Positions 61,079 to 64,000 of a stretch of DNA of 64,000 nt are shown here, piece after piece. The notes under the pieces were generated by a model, which had not been told where the DNA came from, searched no databases, and worked only from the letters and a program-made list of their open reading frames with translations. A program made the position numbers and the translations under genes. This DNA comes from Octopus sinensis (Eukaryota): NCBI RefSeq assembly GCF_006345805.1, contig NC_043004.1, positions 49,786,001 to 49,850,000 on the forward strand. Direction: 5' to 3'. Positions within the stretch are counted from its first letter, which is position 1; each line of letters starts with the position of its first letter.

Positions 61079-61600
61079 TGGAGGAGCAAGCCGATGGAGT
61101 TCAATAACACCGTGAGGCGTTAGACAGAAGGTCCTGTTAAGTTGCTTGGAGTCTGGATTGGTCCAGACCTCCAGATAGAGAAAAATTGGAGTGAGGTGGC
61201 CAGCAAGATGACTGCTCTAACCTAGGCCTGGTCTGGGCGGGCGTTATCCCTGCTAGGGAGGGCCGAGGTGGTGCAAATGTTTATAGCATTAGTAATCACC
61301 TACCGCCTGACCGTGGTGCCTTGCCCCGATTTGTGGCTGAACAAGTTGGAGAGAATCCTTTTCTGCTTTTTGTAGAAGGGAGGGAAGCCACTTGTAAAGC
61401 GCTCTGTCTGCTGTCAGAAACCGCTAAAGGATGGACTAGGTATGCCTTCGTTTTAAGGTTGAGGCACCTCTGGCTTTACCTGGATGGAGAGCAGGTGTGG
61501 TCACCGCACGTTCGGTTCTACCTTCCCCTGTTAACGTCCTTAATGGACATTGGTGCATGGATCATAGGAAATTTTTTTTCCTTAGTGAAATTCGTGCTGG
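61079..61600 (+). mobile_element. L1/Tx1 ORF2 fragment abutting the mariner
   Basis: aaggtcctgttaagttgcttggagtctggattggtccagacctccag and tacc gcctgaccgtggtgccttgccc align with 7090-7500. Confidence 0.8.
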
Positions 61601-62151
61601 TGAAATGATCAATGGGGGTAGGGGTGGGTCAAATTTCCGAGGCTTCCACCTCACCGCACTCCGTCTTTCGGACCCCTAAAAGGGTTTTGTAGCATATTAG
61701 GATGTCACAGGAATTCATTAAAAAAGAAAAAAATTGCAATGAATCCGGGACCCTGCATTCGCCACCCCGTTTCCCGAAACAAAATAAGGGATTTGCAGCA
61801 TATCAGGAGGTCAGGATACTTGATTCCACACAAAACATCCGTGTTTTGTTTTTCTTAGTGAAAATCGTGCAGGTGTTACTCTGAAAAATTACCCAAAACT
61901 TTATGTGTAGCTCAAATAAAGTTCGAAGTCATACGTGGTTATTTGAGATACCTGCTTTGGTTTATGTCGAAGGCGATACACTCTGTTACCATTTTATTCG
62001 CAATAAAATAAGCACCAGCAGTACATCCTGTGTTCTTATTGATCTCTTCCCCCAGTTAACATTGTTACTGCAATCATAATAAATACTATTAGTATTCTAC
62101 TCATACAAGGTAAACAATCAATACGAACTATAGTGAGTCGATTTAGCGTAC

Positions 62152-62224
62152 GGCCGCGTGGCCTAATGGATAAGGCGTCTGACTTCGAATCAGAAGATTG
62201 CGAGTTCGAGTCTCGTCGTGGTCG
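62152..62224 (+). tRNA. trnR-TCG: tRNA-Arg, anticodon TCG
   Basis: 73-nt cloverleaf GGCCGCGTGGCCTAATGGATAAGGCGTCTGACTTCGAATCAGAAGATTGCGAGTTCGAGTCTCGTCGTGGTCG; anticodon at 62185-62187; intact A and B boxes; T5 Pol III terminator at 62235-62239. Confidence 0.95.
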
Positions 62225-62829
62225 ATTTATTAGCTTTTTATTTTTCGACTATGTATATATTCTATGTTCAAATCTCGACTATGTCGTATTGGGTTTTTAT
62301 CATTTTGTTGTTGATAAAATGAATTATCCATCATTTTCTAAGAGTTTATATAATCGATTAAATGCCTTCTGAAATTTCTATCCTTGTGGCTATATTAGAA
62401 ATTATTATAATTCGAAAACATTGATTCGAAAGAGTCATAGGACGTTTGCACATCTTATGAGTAACTTGAGCAATTACGATATAATCTCATAAACGAATCC
62501 GTAGTATTTACTGCCGATTCTGTGATATATTATACGATTGCTGCCAAAGATTGTTGCCCAAGCTCTCCGCTCAAAGTACACTGCTTCTTATAGCAGGAAG
62601 AGTTGTAATGATAGTGATTACATAACTCCTGTTCTTTTGTCATTTATTAGTATGTATATGTTACGCTCTATACCCACCTGATGGTTTATTCTAAAGCATA
62701 ATTATATTGAGTTCTAGCAATGGTTTATTGACATCGCTATGTATATGCGTACACACACACACACACGCGCACGCAAGCAGACACACACACATACACACAC
62801 ACGCACACACGCACACACGCACACACACA

Positions 62830-62870
<41 letters not shown>

Positions 62871-63758
62871 CACACACACACACACACAACACACACACAT
62901 CTGTGTATAAATTCGAGCTTCGTCGTGGTTGATTCATTAAATTATTCATTTTCTGACAATGCTGATCCGGCGGGCGTAAAACTTCTCAGATTTTATAGCG
63001 AAGAAACAATCAATAACGTTTCTAACGTCTAAACAATTTCATAAACTGTTTTCCTCCATAAGAATGTCATAACGGTCAGAAAAGAGAATAATCAGATGGA
63101 GCAAGGGCAGGAGAATATGAAAAGCGTGACAAAACTTCCATATTTTGCGCCATGATCTTTTCCTCAGTCACCTAAGTAATATGTGGTCGTATATTATTAT
63201 GTAAGAGCCACGTCTCTTTACGAATGATGGGTACTTTTTATGCAAATTTTTGTATAATGTTGCCAACTGGCGTCAATAGTTCTCCGGTATTAACTGCACA
63301 GTCAGATGTTGAGGGACTCACTAAGCCTAGACCGTTTTTCTAGCAGGTAAAGGTATTTTATTACCGAAGTGTGACTGGAACGGAACCTTTTTGCCATTTC
63401 CATGCAGTGTAATTTTGATTTTCGTCAGCTACGATCTTCAGAAGTTCACCATTCACAAAACATGATCGAGGGGAACAATGACCATAGAACAAATATTTCT
63501 ATCAGTTTTAAACGCTGAAAAGCCACTTTTGCTAATATGGGTCTGATATACAATCACTTAAAAGGGTAAAACCGATACGAATTTTATCTCTAAGATCTAT
63601 AGCAATCTGTATATTAAACTTTAGAAGGTAAAAATTAATTCTTCTTTTATCATAAATAATGAAAGAGTACCTCAAAGTAATCATGTTAAAAATGCAACAG
63701 GACTACCTTTCCAGATTAACACACATACACACACACATATACATGCACACATGCACAC

Positions 63759-63804
<46 letters not shown>

Positions 63805-64000
63805 ACAAATATATATGTATATATATAAATATAAATATAAATATATATATATATATGTATGTATGTATGTATGTATGAATGTATGTATGTATGTATGTAC
63901 GTTTTTTTTTTCATCGACCGGTGTTCGCCTGCACGGACTCAAAAAGAGGTTCAGGGACCATCTTAAACTTGTCCTCAACTCCTGAAACATTCAACCGGCA

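Overview
Eukaryotic, AT-rich DNA dense in microsatellites, SINEs, LINEs and DNA transposons. The SINE families suggest a cephalopod, most likely Octopus (inference). One protein-coding gene is well supported: a plus-strand glial cells missing (gcm) transcription factor. Its five coding exons are 26662-26802, 28095-28347, 29069-29283, 30250-30331 and 31732-33080. All have GT-AG junctions in matching phase, giving 2040 nt or 679 aa with all eight Zn ligands intact. One tRNA-Arg(UCG) gene lies at 62152-62224. The rest is decayed L1/Tx1, R4/Dong-like, CR1, RTE and Penelope-like retroelements, mariner, maT (DD37D), Tigger and Helentron-type elements, four short interspersed families, and a 100-N gap. 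The main oddities are: (1) a 407-bp, 98% identical inverted duplication bracketing the gcm terminal exon and carrying poly(A) signals in both orientations; (2) two minimal hammerhead-ribozyme-like motifs with a compensatory stem-I change; (3) a 108-bp-arm hairpin abutting the gap; (4) a dimeric SINE inserted as one unit twice; (5) a ~560-bp element found only inside (AAT)n tracts. Most listed ORFs are microsatellite artefacts. There is no CRISPR, rRNA or prokaryotic signal. All analysis was by eye.
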